From an uncultured Candidatus Saccharibacteria bacterium (GTDB taxonomy: Bacteria; Patescibacteriota; Andersenbacteria; UBA10190): a stretch of 64,000 bases of DNA. Positions within the stretch are counted from its first letter, which is position 1; every line of letters starts with the position of its first letter. The stretch is from contig CAYJKV010000001.1 of NCBI GenBank assembly GCA_964371255.1, forward strand, positions 32,573 to 96,572, written 5' to 3'. The notes under the pieces were generated by a model that saw nothing but the letters and a program-made list of their open reading frames with translations, was not told the DNA's origin and did not search any database. Both the position numbers and the translations under genes were made by a program. This document shows, piece by piece, positions 1 to 10,202 of the stretch.

Positions 1-17
1 ATCGCTGGGCAGCGCGA

Positions 18-764
18 GTGGAAAAACAAATAGCTCGTTTGATGGATCGTTACTGCGAACAGTTCGCCCGTTATCAGGAAAAATACGGGTCAAGCTTACC
101 GGGGTTTTGCGAGGACGAACCAGCTGACCCAGAGCCTACGCCCAGTCCTTCACCTAGTCCCAGCATTTCATCAAGCCCGTCGCCGACGCCAAGCGAATCG
201 CCAAGTCCCACACCTACACCCAGTCCCAGTCCTTCACCCAGTCCCAGCTCATCGCCAAGTCCCACTACTGCCCCGACCTCTAGTATCGTGTTAAGTGAGA
301 TTTATTATGATGTGGATGCAGCACATGGCGCCGAAACAACTAATGAGTGGGTGGAAATTCGCAATAGCACGGACACAGCCGTTGATGTTAGCGGTTATAT
401 GTTAACGGATGCGACGACGAATGATGTTTTGCCGGCGGGAACGATTGTACCGGCCAATGGGTATTTATTAATTACTGACGAAAGCTCAACTATTACCTTT
501 TGGACGATTCCGGCCGGCTCTCCGGTCGTGGTATTGGGCAGCGCTATCGGCAACGCTTTAGGTAATAGTGGCGATGTGCTGCGTCTGAAAGATGCTGGCG
601 GCATAGAGCTAGATGCGGTCAGCTGGGGTAATAATGTTTCTGCTTTTGATCCCGCGGTGCCGGTGGTAGCAGAAGGATCGTCTATCTCTAGGGTAAGCGG
701 TGGGGCTGATACTGATACGGCTGCAGACTGGATAACCTTGACGACACCAACTCCGGGAGAATAG
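18..764 (+). CDS. Secreted/surface protein with Pro/Ser/Thr linker and C-terminal lamin-tail (LTD) domain; probably 5'-truncated by the window edge
   Basis: PSPSPT repeats then LSEIYYD...NEWVEIRN...VDVSGYML...LGNSGDVLRL...DAVSWG, typical of LTD. Confidence 0.8.
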   Translation: MEKQIARLMDRYCEQFARYQEKYGSSLPGFCEDEPADPEPTPSPSPSPSISSSPSPTPSESPSPTPTPSPSPSPSPSSSPSPTTAPTSSIVLSEIYYDVDAAHGAETTNEWVEIRNSTDTAVDVSGYMLTDATTNDVLPAGTIVPANGYLLITDESSTITFWTIPAGSPVVVLGSAIGNALGNSGDVLRLKDAGGIELDAVSWGNNVSAFDPAVPVVAEGSSISRVSGGADTDTAADWITLTTPTPGE

Positions 765-857
765 TCAATTTGATCGGGGGCTGATCAAAGCATGACGTGA
801 AAGTTATATAAGGAGTTTTTGCGGTATTAATAAGGCCGTTAAGAAATAGTGCTTGAC

Positions 858-888
858 AAAAAAGAGCCCCAACAGTAGTTGTTGGGGC
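858..888 (-). terminator. Intrinsic terminator for the 914-1102 gene
   Basis: gccccaaca-gtagt-tgttggggc stem with an A-run on + (U-run on -). Confidence 0.65.
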
Positions 889-913
889 ATGTGTCGCCGC
901 ACTCACCTCTAAT

Positions 914-1102
914 TTAGAACGAACTCACCAGCAACCATCCCACACCGAGAAAAAGAAATCCCATTGCGTTCGCGAGCTTAAAGAAGCATGACTGTTGTTG
1001 TTGCCGCAGAGCCCAGAACTCACGGGCATTTGCGCCTACAAGACAACCGAAAGAGAAACCTATTAGTAACGAACCTGCGAGGTGAACAACACTATCTGCC
1101 AT
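914..1102 (-). CDS. Small two-helix membrane protein
   Basis: Two hydrophobic segments, AAGGAG Shine-Dalgarno upstream, terminator downstream. Confidence 0.55.
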   Translation of the reverse strand: MADSVVHLAGSLLIGFSFGCLVGANAREFWALRQQQQSCFFKLANAMGFLFLGVGWLLVSSF

Positions 1103-1565
1103 GGTCCAACTCCTTCCAATAAAGGACGTGATGTAGGGAAGGAAGTCTTCACTATTTGATGCGAAAATGACTACTTCCTTCCCTAGGAGGTGGACCTATT
1201 TAGAGCGTCGCCAGAGCGCACACACCTAAGAAAGCTGCGCATTAACAATGTGAGGCCAGATTCATCTGGAATCTGGGAACAGGAGTTGATGCTCTGTCGA
1301 GCATCTTTAAAAGTATGCCATAAGTAGCTATGTTTGTCAAATCTATTTCGCTCTACGTGCCACCATGCCAACAACGTTGATTGGCAACAAAAACCGCGAA
1401 ATCATTGGCAAATCCGCAGTTTCCTGCCTGTGATTGGCTTAGACTAATTCCGCTGTTTTCCGGGTCCCGTGGTGGCAGTATAGCCTTTCGATAATCTAGC
1501 ACTATTTCGGAAACGCCGGGCAGAATCACACCTCGACTGCCGATGCCTTAGGGGATTTCAGGTCC

Positions 1566-1751
1566 ATGGGAATCCAGGCTAGAGCCCGCGGTAGGTTGGG
1601 AGGCAGGAAATCGGTTGATCCTGCCGAGCCTCGCATCCGGATGGCCCAGGCCACGAACCGAGACAAGAGCATAAACATCAAGAACGTCTACAGGACACTG
1701 AAGACTTCGCGGTCGCCACTGTATCCGCATGCGATGATGGCGCGAATGTGA
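1566..1751 (+). pseudogene. C-terminal fragment (arm + HTH) of a serine resolvase/invertase
   Basis: GIQARARGRLGGRK...INIKNVYRTLKTSRSPLY resembles the Hin/Tn3 resolvase G(L)xAARARGRxGGR...HTH-SRxTLY; no catalytic domain upstream. Confidence 0.65.
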
Positions 1752-1887
1752 AAGAAGTCGACACTGGAGCGGTTTAGCGTGTAGAGCAATTCGATTTCCA
1801 TTTTATCCCCACCTATGGCATGGTCATCAGCTACCCCGTTCAGGGCGTAGCCGGTGACTATTTCTCTCACACTGAAGGGGATAAACC

Positions 1888-2256
1888 ATGGTTAACGTGT
1901 TGCTCTGGCTGTTGACTGCATTTGTCCTGTTGGTTGTGGCGTCCACTATATTTCAGCTTGGCCGGACCAGTCTGCTGATAGAATCAGCTGACTACCGACA
2001 GACAATGTGGAGACCCCTCTCAAGTCTCAGCGGCAAAACCATCGTCGTCGTCGGAATGACTCTTCAACTCTTATCATTGGCATTCCACATGGGCTCACTG
2101 TCTTGGCGGGGTACTGAACCTTTTAGTGATGTTGTTCTTGCTAGTTCCTTTAGTATCCTCTTTGCCCTGGTGATTGGGGTGCCCGTTTTCAACGAGCTGT
2201 ATGCTCGTTACTGTCACCGGTTTGATCAGAGCCGTAGCCACGAGGACAAACCGTGA
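1888..2256 (+). CDS. Hypothetical three-TM membrane protein
   Basis: Three hydrophobic segments, AAGGGG SD, terminator downstream. Confidence 0.6.
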   Translation: MVNVLLWLLTAFVLLVVASTIFQLGRTSLLIESADYRQTMWRPLSSLSGKTIVVVGMTLQLLSLAFHMGSLSWRGTEPFSDVVLASSFSILFALVIGVPVFNELYARYCHRFDQSRSHEDKP

Positions 2257-2295
2257 CGATCGTAGCTGCACCCATACAACTTACTAGTTCCTTCC

Positions 2296-2325
2296 GACCT
2301 AGCCTCCCGGCGGGTCTTTTTATTT
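2296..2325 (+). terminator. Intrinsic terminator
   Basis: gacctagcc-tccc-ggcgggtc followed by tttttattt. Confidence 0.55.
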
Positions 2326-2591
2326 CAGGCTTTGACGTATTCCGACTAACCAACAGGACAGGAGATTTCCGGATGACCAATGTCCGCCACGAGTCGGCCA
2401 TAGCAGAGCGCCGTATCCACTTTGGCAAACGGTGACGGCTAGCCCACTCCTGAAGAATGACAAGCGTACGCTCAACGACTCAATGCTCGCCCGAGAAAAA
2501 CGCTTAATTTTTACACACCTGCCGAGAAGTTTTATTCTTTAATTACAAAGCGGAGGATTGCGTTAGTTTTTTGAAGTCAGCCCACAAACGC

Positions 2592-2620
2592 TTGACACTA
2601 ATCTGTATTTATATTAGGAT
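2592..2620 (+). promoter_or_regulatory. sigma70 promoter for the DEAD helicase-typA operon
   Basis: TTGACA-17 nt-TAGGAT. Confidence 0.65.
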
Positions 2621-2719
2621 AAAGGAATTACTTTGAATCGCGCATTTAGTGCGAGGTAATGGACTCGAGCCTAGGGCATATAATGTGACCTAATCGCAAC
2701 CGGGTCATAGATAAATTAT

Positions 2720-4132
2720 ATGTCACAAAAACAACACTCTGGGCAGGGCGTTACCTTTTCAGATTTAGGAATTTCCCCAAAACTGTTAAAGGTTCTGGCA
2801 GGATTAAAATTTAATATTCCGACGCCGATCCAGTTGAAAGCTATTCCGATAGCGTCAACCGGCAAGGATGTGATTGGTATCGCCCAAACCGGGACGGGCA
2901 AGACTTTAGCGTTTGCTTTGCCTATGCTGCAGCAAATTGCCCGATGGAAAAAACAGGGATTAATTTTAGTACCAACCAGGGAGCTGGCCATTCAAGTGGA
3001 GGAACAATTTTCGATGGTCGGTAAGAGCTTTGGCTTACGCCATGCACTGTTAATCGGGGGCGGAGCGATGGGACGGCAAGTTGAGGAAATTCGTCGGAAG
3101 CCGCACGTGATCATTGCCACCCCGGGGCGGCTGATTGATCATTTACAGACGAAACGTCTAAGTTTGAGCCGCGTGGGTATACTGGTGTTAGACGAAGCAG
3201 ATCGGATGCTAGATATGGGATTTGCCCCGCAAATAAAACAGATATTGGGACAGGTGCCAAAGGAGCGTCAAACCATGTTGTTTTCTGCAACTATGCCAGC
3301 GGAAATAGTAAAGATTGCCACAACCCACATGAAGCTGCCGGTTCGAATTGAAATTGCGCAGACCGGAACAGTAGCGGAGCAAGTGGACCAAGAGTTATTT
3401 ATTGTGCGCAAAGAAGACAAGAGTCGTTTACTCGAGAAGCTGCTCAATGAATATAAAGGGACGGTCTTAGTGTTCTCACGAACTAAGCACGGCGCCAGAA
3501 AATTATGTCGAGCAGTTAACTGTATGGGACACGAGGTAGCAGAAATCCATTCTAATCTATCGTTAGGGCAGCGACGGAAATCGATGGAAGGATTTAAGTC
3601 AGGCAGATACCGCGTGCTGGTGGCGACGGATATTGCCGCGCGAGGCATTGATGTCCGTGACATTGAATTAGTGGTGAATTTTGATTTGCCGGACAGCCCG
3701 GATGATTATGTGCATCGAGTGGGAAGAACAGGCCGGGCAGGAAAAGTTGGACGGGCCATTTCCTTTATCATGCCAGATCAGCGGGGAAAAGTGCGGACCA
3801 TTGAGCGGTTAGTGCGTCAGCAATTGCGTGTTTCACCGCTGCCGGAATTGCCTGCTCATCGTCCAGTACCGCATGAGACAAAGTACCGCGGGCAGCAGGG
3901 CAGATATGACCGTACGAATAATAGGCAGACGATGGGTTTTAACCAATCACGACCGCGAGCCGGAGGGGGCAGGTCTAGCGGCAAGTGGCCCAACTCATAC
4001 CCAAGGAAGCAAAACAATCAAGCTGGGGGTAGGGGCCATTGGAGCCAGACAGATAGACCGATCAAAGCGACAGGGACGCGAGTTGACCGCCAGGGTGGCC
4101 AGCGGCAAGATTTGGCTCGCATTCATACCTAA
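2720..4132 (+). CDS. DEAD-box RNA helicase (RhlE-like)
   Basis: Q motif PTPIQ, AQTGTGKT, PTRELA, DEAD, SAT, ARGID, HRVGRTGRAG; RG-rich tail. Confidence 0.95.
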   Translation: MSQKQHSGQGVTFSDLGISPKLLKVLAGLKFNIPTPIQLKAIPIASTGKDVIGIAQTGTGKTLAFALPMLQQIARWKKQGLILVPTRELAIQVEEQFSMVGKSFGLRHALLIGGGAMGRQVEEIRRKPHVIIATPGRLIDHLQTKRLSLSRVGILVLDEADRMLDMGFAPQIKQILGQVPKERQTMLFSATMPAEIVKIATTHMKLPVRIEIAQTGTVAEQVDQELFIVRKEDKSRLLEKLLNEYKGTVLVFSRTKHGARKLCRAVNCMGHEVAEIHSNLSLGQRRKSMEGFKSGRYRVLVATDIAARGIDVRDIELVVNFDLPDSPDDYVHRVGRTGRAGKVGRAISFIMPDQRGKVRTIERLVRQQLRVSPLPELPAHRPVPHETKYRGQQGRYDRTNNRQTMGFNQSRPRAGGGRSSGKWPNSYPRKQNNQAGGRGHWSQTDRPIKATGTRVDRQGGQRQDLARIHT

Positions 4133-4138
4133 AAATAT

Positions 4139-5956
4139 ATGTCGTCTAACATTAGAAACGTGGCGATTATTGCCCACGTTGATCACGGAAAAACTACCTT
4201 GGTTGATGCACTGCTGCGTCAATCAGAATCTTTTCGTATTAAGGACGATGAGGCCAATTTAATCATGGACTCGAATGTGCTGGAAAGAGAACGTGGCATT
4301 ACGATTTTTTCCAAAAATGCCGCTGTCCAGTATCAAGGATGCAAAATAAATATTATCGACACTCCCGGACATGCTGATTTTGGCGGCGAAGTCGAACGAA
4401 TTATGACGATGGTGAACGGTGTCTTGCTGCTGGTGGATGCCAAAGACGGACCCATGCCGCAGACGAAGTTTGTGCTGAAGAAAGCGCTGGAAAAAGGCCA
4501 TAAAGTGATTGTGATTATTAATAAGATCGATGTGCCGCAAGCGCGTGTTGACTGGGTGTTAGATCAAACGTTCGGACTGTTCGTGGATTTAGGGGCGACG
4601 GATGCGCAGGCTGATTTTCCTGTGCTTTACGCGTCAGCTATCCAGGGAAAGGCTGGGGCGGAACCGACTTTAGACAAAATGGAAAATATTACCCCGCTCT
4701 TTGATGCAATCATTAAATATATACCTGCGCCTTCGGTCAATAATGGAGCCATGCAAATGCTGGTAGTAAATGTGACCTATGATTCGTATAAGGGGCAAAT
4801 CGCGATTGGCCCGCTTGTCAGCGGCCGTCTAAAGAAAGGGCAGAGTGTGGCGCGCATTGAAGCGGATGGCACGATCAAACCGGCGAAACTAACGAGTGTC
4901 ATGACCTTTGATGGCCTCAGCAGGGTGGAGACCGATGATGTTGTGCCGGGGGATATTGTGGCGGTGGCTGGTATCGAGGCCGTTAAAATTGGCGAGACAA
5001 TCGCCGATGCAGAGAATCCGCAGCAGTTGCCGGTTATTATGATTGATGAGCCGACGGTTAAGATGAGCTTCGCGGTAAACACTTCACCGTTGTCTGGAAC
5101 AGAAGGGGAGTTTTCTACGTCCCGACATTTAAAGGCGCGATTGATGCGTGAAGTGCTGGCGGATGTGGCGTTAAAGGTGGAAGTAAACAGTTCGTCCGAT
5201 GCTTCATTTACCGTGTTTGGCCGGGGCGAGCTGCATGTGGAAATTTTGATAGAGAAAATGCTGCGTGAAGGATATGAGTTTGAAGTGGGCAAGCCGCGAG
5301 TCATTTTTAAGGAAGAAAACGGGAAGAGATTAGAGCCGTTTGAGGATGTCTATATTGAGTGCCCCGATAATTATTCCGGCACGGTCATTGAGAAAATGGG
5401 CAAACGCAAAGGCGAGATGAAAGACATGAAAGTAGAAAAGGGGTTGACCAAGATGCATTTTTTATTGACGACCCGGGGTTTGATCGGGTACCGATCGGAA
5501 TTCCTGACCGATACACGCGGTGAAGGAATTATCAATACTTTGTTTAATAGTTACCAGCCCTACTTGGGCGATATTGAAACACAGCAACATGGGTCTCTAG
5601 TGGCGCATGAGGCAGGAGTAAGCACGCATTATGGTTTGGTGGCAGCGCAAGGCCGTGGGGTAATGTTCATCAAACCAGGAACGAAAGTTTATGAGGGGAT
5701 GATCGTGGGGCAAAATTCCCGTGCCACCGATATCGACGTAAATGTGTGCAAAGAGAAGAAGCTGTCTAATATGCGGGCAGTGGGAGATGGAGCCGCGGAA
5801 GGTTTACACTCGCCTCGAGACTTGAGTTTAGAAGAAGCGATTGAATATTTGGGTGATGATGAACTGCTGGAGGTCACACCGAAGAGTCTGCGGCTGCGCA
5901 AAATGCATCTGACAAAGATTGAAAGAAAACGAGTGAGGAAGAAAACGAGTGAATAA
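4139..5956 (+). CDS. typA: Translational GTPase TypA/BipA
   Basis: IRNVAIIAHVDHGKTTLVD, ERERGITI, DTPGHADFGGEVER, GRGELH, C-terminal LEVTPKSLRLRK. Confidence 0.97.
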   Translation: MSSNIRNVAIIAHVDHGKTTLVDALLRQSESFRIKDDEANLIMDSNVLERERGITIFSKNAAVQYQGCKINIIDTPGHADFGGEVERIMTMVNGVLLLVDAKDGPMPQTKFVLKKALEKGHKVIVIINKIDVPQARVDWVLDQTFGLFVDLGATDAQADFPVLYASAIQGKAGAEPTLDKMENITPLFDAIIKYIPAPSVNNGAMQMLVVNVTYDSYKGQIAIGPLVSGRLKKGQSVARIEADGTIKPAKLTSVMTFDGLSRVETDDVVPGDIVAVAGIEAVKIGETIADAENPQQLPVIMIDEPTVKMSFAVNTSPLSGTEGEFSTSRHLKARLMREVLADVALKVEVNSSSDASFTVFGRGELHVEILIEKMLREGYEFEVGKPRVIFKEENGKRLEPFEDVYIECPDNYSGTVIEKMGKRKGEMKDMKVEKGLTKMHFLLTTRGLIGYRSEFLTDTRGEGIINTLFNSYQPYLGDIETQQHGSLVAHEAGVSTHYGLVAAQGRGVMFIKPGTKVYEGMIVGQNSRATDIDVNVCKEKKLSNMRAVGDGAAEGLHSPRDLSLEEAIEYLGDDELLEVTPKSLRLRKMHLTKIERKRVRKKTSE

Positions 5957-6067
5957 ATAAGTAAAATAATAAAGAGATAATTCAAGTAAGGTGCCGGCAG
6001 TGCGAGAGGCTGCCTTGTTTGTGTACGGGGGGTCGTGAAAATTTATTACCTTTGCTAAGGTAGGTAT

Positions 6068-8284
6068 ATGGCATGGATTAAGTGGCTATCAGGTCTGGCG
6101 GTCGGCGTCGTCGTCCTTCTTTTGTTATTGAGCCCAGTCAAATATTATCGGACGGTGAGTGAAGGAACGGATGTGTATGAAGCGCATTATGTTTTATATG
6201 GCGACCGGATACAGGAACAAAGAGTGCAAATAGATCATGAGTTAGTGGGGATAGGAGCGATAGCAGTAGATTTCCGCCGCTCGCAGAACTTGAAACCACT
6301 GGAAGTGACAGTGCGGACGCTGGATGGAGAGATAGTGTCTCGGGGAAAAATTTCTCCCGACAAGGTAGCAGACGATAGCTTCGTCTGGGCTGAATTGAGC
6401 GAGAGGGTAGAACGCCGGGGCGAGGTAGTTATTGAATTCAAAGCACCACAGGCGGAAGTGAAGAATCCGGTGGGGCTACGTTTTGAAAAGGAGAGTGGGC
6501 ACGTAGCGTTGGGGCTGCTGGAGAGGGTGTCGTTAGCCCAGAGAACTGTGATTTGGACACAAGATCATCCGGACAGAGCGTTAAGGCTATGGCTGGTGGT
6601 CACGGGCGGATGTTTAATAGCGCTTATTTTGAGCTTGGCTGGCATACAAAGAAGGATAGGCAAATTGAGTGTAACTACTTGGCTGATTATTGGACTGGCC
6701 ATTATTACATTGTTAGTGCGAATTAGGACGGCGGTGCAGGTGGAAAGCGTATTTGGCGGAGATGCTTTTAACTATTTAATTCAGAGCCAGGCTTGGTTGG
6801 CTGGTGACAATCCATTTGCGGAGGAATTTAGAAGAAAGGCGCCATTTTTACCATTTTTGTTATTACCGGGGTGGCTGGGACTGATTGATCCGATCGTGTG
6901 GGGAAGAATTATTAGCATGATCGCGGCAGCGGGAGCGGTAGTGATGCTGCCCCGATTGTTAATGTTTTTTCAAATACCGCGTCAATTGGCGCTGGGGGCA
7001 GGATTATTGTTGGCTGTTAATAGAAATTTTTGGTGGGAGTCGGTGCATGGTTTGGCTAATACTTTGTATGCCGCGCTGATAGTGGGGGCAGTGTATGCAT
7101 TTATGCTGCACCGCAAGAAATATGGCAGATATTTAGTTGGGGTATTGGTGGGATTGACGACATTAACGCGATGGGAGGGAGGAGCAGTCGCGGCAGTACT
7201 GTTGCCAGCGGTGTGGATTTGGCATCGATTAAATATTAAAACAATTATTTATAGTGGCTGGCCGGCGTTAGTTTTGGTGGCAGTTCCTTTTGTCTTCTGG
7301 CCAATCACTGGTGAAACTGGCATGCGAACTGTGGCTGATATCGCGGGTGACGGGGGACTGAAACTGGCTTATTCATGGGGCGATTTTGTCGGCAACCTGG
7401 AAGGGCTAGAGCTTTTCTTGGGAAGAAACTGGATTTTGGTGGAAGGGGTGGGTGAGCAGTTGGGGTGGCTGGCGGGTGGTTTGGCGAGTGGTCTAGTTTT
7501 AGGCTTCTGGCACCGGAAAAAATACTGGATTTATAGCGGACTGGTGAGATTTCTGCCTTATGGGCTGATAATTATTTTATTGGTCGTATTAGCGGGCAGT
7601 TCGCGGGAGAGCTACAAATACCTGACGATGGTTTTGACGGCACTGACGGGGGCGGGCTGGGGAGCAAGTCTCGTGATCAAACCGAAATTTAGTATACCGG
7701 TGGGCCTAATGCTGATTGGTCAAGTGTTGGTGATAACCATGATATTGCCGAAGTCGAGATATTATTTACAGTTGATTCCCTTCTTATGTGCGGGGTTGAT
7801 ATTTGGCTTGTGGATGATCAGCGATTGGCGGCGGTCATCTGTAAGCCGAGTGGGCACGATTTTGTTGGTCGGAGTTTTCTCGATGATGGTTTATTTGGAC
7901 AGTGCGCGGGCGATGCCCGGCACGATAAGCGGCTATAATGAGAAATCCGGCAATCATACGGTCGTGACGCAAGCGTGCAAATACTTATTAGACAAGCCAG
8001 GAAATGTGGGAGTGGTTGAAGAAAGCGATCTGCCGGCACGGGTTTACTTAACTTTAGAGCGGACGAGAATTTTTCCCATCGAATGGGCAGAGAATATGGA
8101 AGATTTAACCGATGAGGAGATTTATAGGTGGCTCGAGGAATTTAATATCAGCTACATGATCGAGACAACTGCTCAACCAGTGTTTGATATAGTTGAACGG
8201 CACCCGGATGATTTTGAGTTTCTGAAGAAATTTAGCAGCCGGTACACGGAAGAGGAAGCGACGGTATATCGGGTAAAAAAATAG
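6068..8284 (+). CDS. Multi-TM GT-C fold glycosyltransferase (ArnT/PMT-like) with N-terminal extracytoplasmic domain
   Basis: Many TM helices; GGDAFNY acidic loop, LTRWEG, SRYYLQLIPFL motifs. Confidence 0.7.
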   Translation: MAWIKWLSGLAVGVVVLLLLLSPVKYYRTVSEGTDVYEAHYVLYGDRIQEQRVQIDHELVGIGAIAVDFRRSQNLKPLEVTVRTLDGEIVSRGKISPDKVADDSFVWAELSERVERRGEVVIEFKAPQAEVKNPVGLRFEKESGHVALGLLERVSLAQRTVIWTQDHPDRALRLWLVVTGGCLIALILSLAGIQRRIGKLSVTTWLIIGLAIITLLVRIRTAVQVESVFGGDAFNYLIQSQAWLAGDNPFAEEFRRKAPFLPFLLLPGWLGLIDPIVWGRIISMIAAAGAVVMLPRLLMFFQIPRQLALGAGLLLAVNRNFWWESVHGLANTLYAALIVGAVYAFMLHRKKYGRYLVGVLVGLTTLTRWEGGAVAAVLLPAVWIWHRLNIKTIIYSGWPALVLVAVPFVFWPITGETGMRTVADIAGDGGLKLAYSWGDFVGNLEGLELFLGRNWILVEGVGEQLGWLAGGLASGLVLGFWHRKKYWIYSGLVRFLPYGLIIILLVVLAGSSRESYKYLTMVLTALTGAGWGASLVIKPKFSIPVGLMLIGQVLVITMILPKSRYYLQLIPFLCAGLIFGLWMISDWRRSSVSRVGTILLVGVFSMMVYLDSARAMPGTISGYNEKSGNHTVVTQACKYLLDKPGNVGVVEESDLPARVYLTLERTRIFPIEWAENMEDLTDEEIYRWLEEFNISYMIETTAQPVFDIVERHPDDFEFLKKFSSRYTEEEATVYRVKK

Positions 8285-8329
8285 GAAAACAGTGACGTCG
8301 GATTGGTCGAAGAGCAGGGAGTTTGGCGG

Positions 8330-9505
8330 TTAGGCCGGTTTTTTGCTGAGATCGGTATAGAGGTCAATGAATTGCTGAATGACAGTATCGATGGCGTGGT
8401 TTTGAATACGTGCCAGACTGGCTTGGCCCATGCGCCGTAAAAGTGGCTGGTCGGCAAGCAGACGAAGTAAATGCCGGGCAAACTGCTCGTGGTCATGGGC
8501 TGAGAATAATAAGCCATTCTCGTCAGCAGCAACGAGCTCAGGAAGGGCTACGGAGTTGGCCGCGACAACGGGAAGACCGCAGGCCATGGCTTCCATGGTG
8601 GCGATGCTTTGTAATTCGGCGGTACTGGCGGTAGTGAATATTTGGGCTGAGCAGTAGAGGGCAGGCAGATCCGGGGCGGGAACAAAACCGGTAAAAGTAA
8701 CAGCCTGGTCGATTTTTAATCGCCTGGTAAGGTGACGCAGGTGATGAGCGGCGCTGCCATTTTTCGAGCCGACGACGACCAGGTGGATAGGCCTGGTTTG
8801 GAGCACTTGGGCCACTGTGTGCAGGATGGTGTCGATGTTTTTTTCTTTATCTAAGCGGCCAACGGTGATGATGGTGGGCAAGTTAGGCAGCCGGTATTTT
8901 TTTCTAACCGCTGGCGTGTCGTAGTGGGGATTAAATTTTTTCAGATCAATGCCATTGGAAATAACTTGAACAGGTTTGGTGAAACCGTGTTCGATCAGAA
9001 GATTAGCAGCAGTTCGGGTAGGTGTGGTGACGGCGTCCAAGGAAGCAAAGTAATTAATGCATTGCTGCCACAGTTTAGCGTTGAGACGGGCTTCGACAGC
9101 CGGGGGGAGGCGCAAATAATGAGTTAAGTTATCCGGCATAAAATGGTTAGTACCAACGATGGGGATACGTAACTTTCTGGCCTGACGAACGACGGCCTGG
9201 GAAAGCCAGAAATGTCCCTGGGCATGAATGATATCTGGTTGAAACTGTTTGATGGCAGAAGCGATGGTTCGCTGATTCAGGCGCGGTACGGCGATGCGCA
9301 TATTGTTGATATACAAGGGAACTGAACGTATGCCGAGGGTAGTAACTTTGTCTTGTAGATATTTTTCTTGGCGGCCTGATCGGGAGGGGGCGATGACCTG
9401 GACCTGATGCGAGTGCTCAGTCAGTCTTTGGGCTAAACGATAGGTGAAATAAGCAGCGCCATTGACGTGCGGCGGGTAAGTATCGGTGACAATAAGAACT
9501 TTCAT
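8330..9505 (-). CDS. GT4 family glycosyltransferase
   Basis: MKVLIVTDTYPPHVNG, ISNGIDL, VGRLDKEKN, ELQSIATMEAMACGLPVV. Confidence 0.92.
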   Translation of the reverse strand: MKVLIVTDTYPPHVNGAAYFTYRLAQRLTEHSHQVQVIAPSRSGRQEKYLQDKVTTLGIRSVPLYINNMRIAVPRLNQRTIASAIKQFQPDIIHAQGHFWLSQAVVRQARKLRIPIVGTNHFMPDNLTHYLRLPPAVEARLNAKLWQQCINYFASLDAVTTPTRTAANLLIEHGFTKPVQVISNGIDLKKFNPHYDTPAVRKKYRLPNLPTIITVGRLDKEKNIDTILHTVAQVLQTRPIHLVVVGSKNGSAAHHLRHLTRRLKIDQAVTFTGFVPAPDLPALYCSAQIFTTASTAELQSIATMEAMACGLPVVAANSVALPELVAADENGLLFSAHDHEQFARHLLRLLADQPLLRRMGQASLARIQNHAIDTVIQQFIDLYTDLSKKPA

Positions 9506-9669
9506 AATTGAGATGACAATTCAGTAAATAAAGAGGTGCGATGACTATAGTAACTATACTGCTTGCAAGCAAGGAAGATAGGTTGGGCGCCGCAGCGTGA
9601 GGGGAAAGAGCGAGCCAGTTGGGACTGATACGGACTGGATGTTTACGTGAGGTCCCTTATACTAGAGGT

Positions 9670-10092
9670 ATGGCGGGATGGATTGTTTATGCACTTTTGT
9701 CGGCGGCTTTCGCGGGGCTGGTCGCGATTTTTGGAAAAATTGGCATCAAGGACATTGATTCCACTTTAGCGACCACGGTCCGGTCGGTTATTATGGCAGG
9801 GTTTTTACTCATCACAGCCTTGGTGCTTGGCAAAGTGAAGTATCTATCTTCGATTGATAATAAAGCGTTATTCTTCATCACATTGTCCGGAATAGCCGGG
9901 GCGTTGTCGTGGTTAATGTATTTTGTGGCGTTGCGAACAGGTCCGGCGTCCGGTGTAGCGGCAGTCGATCGGTTAAGTGTTGTGTTTGTGCTAGTCTTCG
10001 CGGTGCTTTTTCTGGCCGAGCAGCTAACGTGGCGAACGGCTATGGGTGCGGGATTTATCACGATTGGTGCGATCTTGATGACTATTCGTTAG
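9670..10092 (+). CDS. EamA/DMT family small transporter (start moved to ATG 9670)
   Basis: ALLSAAFAGLVAIFGKIG...DSTLATTVR...YFVAL...VDRLSVVF. Confidence 0.88.
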   Translation: MAGWIVYALLSAAFAGLVAIFGKIGIKDIDSTLATTVRSVIMAGFLLITALVLGKVKYLSSIDNKALFFITLSGIAGALSWLMYFVALRTGPASGVAAVDRLSVVFVLVFAVLFLAEQLTWRTAMGAGFITIGAILMTIR

Positions 10093-10202
10093 CGAAAGGA
10101 GCGGTAAAAACTAATAAACACAAATCATCCCATTAATGATGGGTGTGATTAGCGTTAAATTGGCAGAGAAGGTGTAATAATAAGTGTCTGCTCAAGCTTG
10201 GG

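Noticed and set aside
120-285. Tandem CCCAGT/CCAAGT-like repeats as a possible array
   Set aside because: They encode the Pro-Ser linker of the LTD protein; the antisense Gly-Leu ORF 74-265 is its shadow
1380-1880. Possible structured ncRNA or retron msr-msd
   Set aside because: No reverse transcriptase nearby and part of it is better explained as a resolvase fragment
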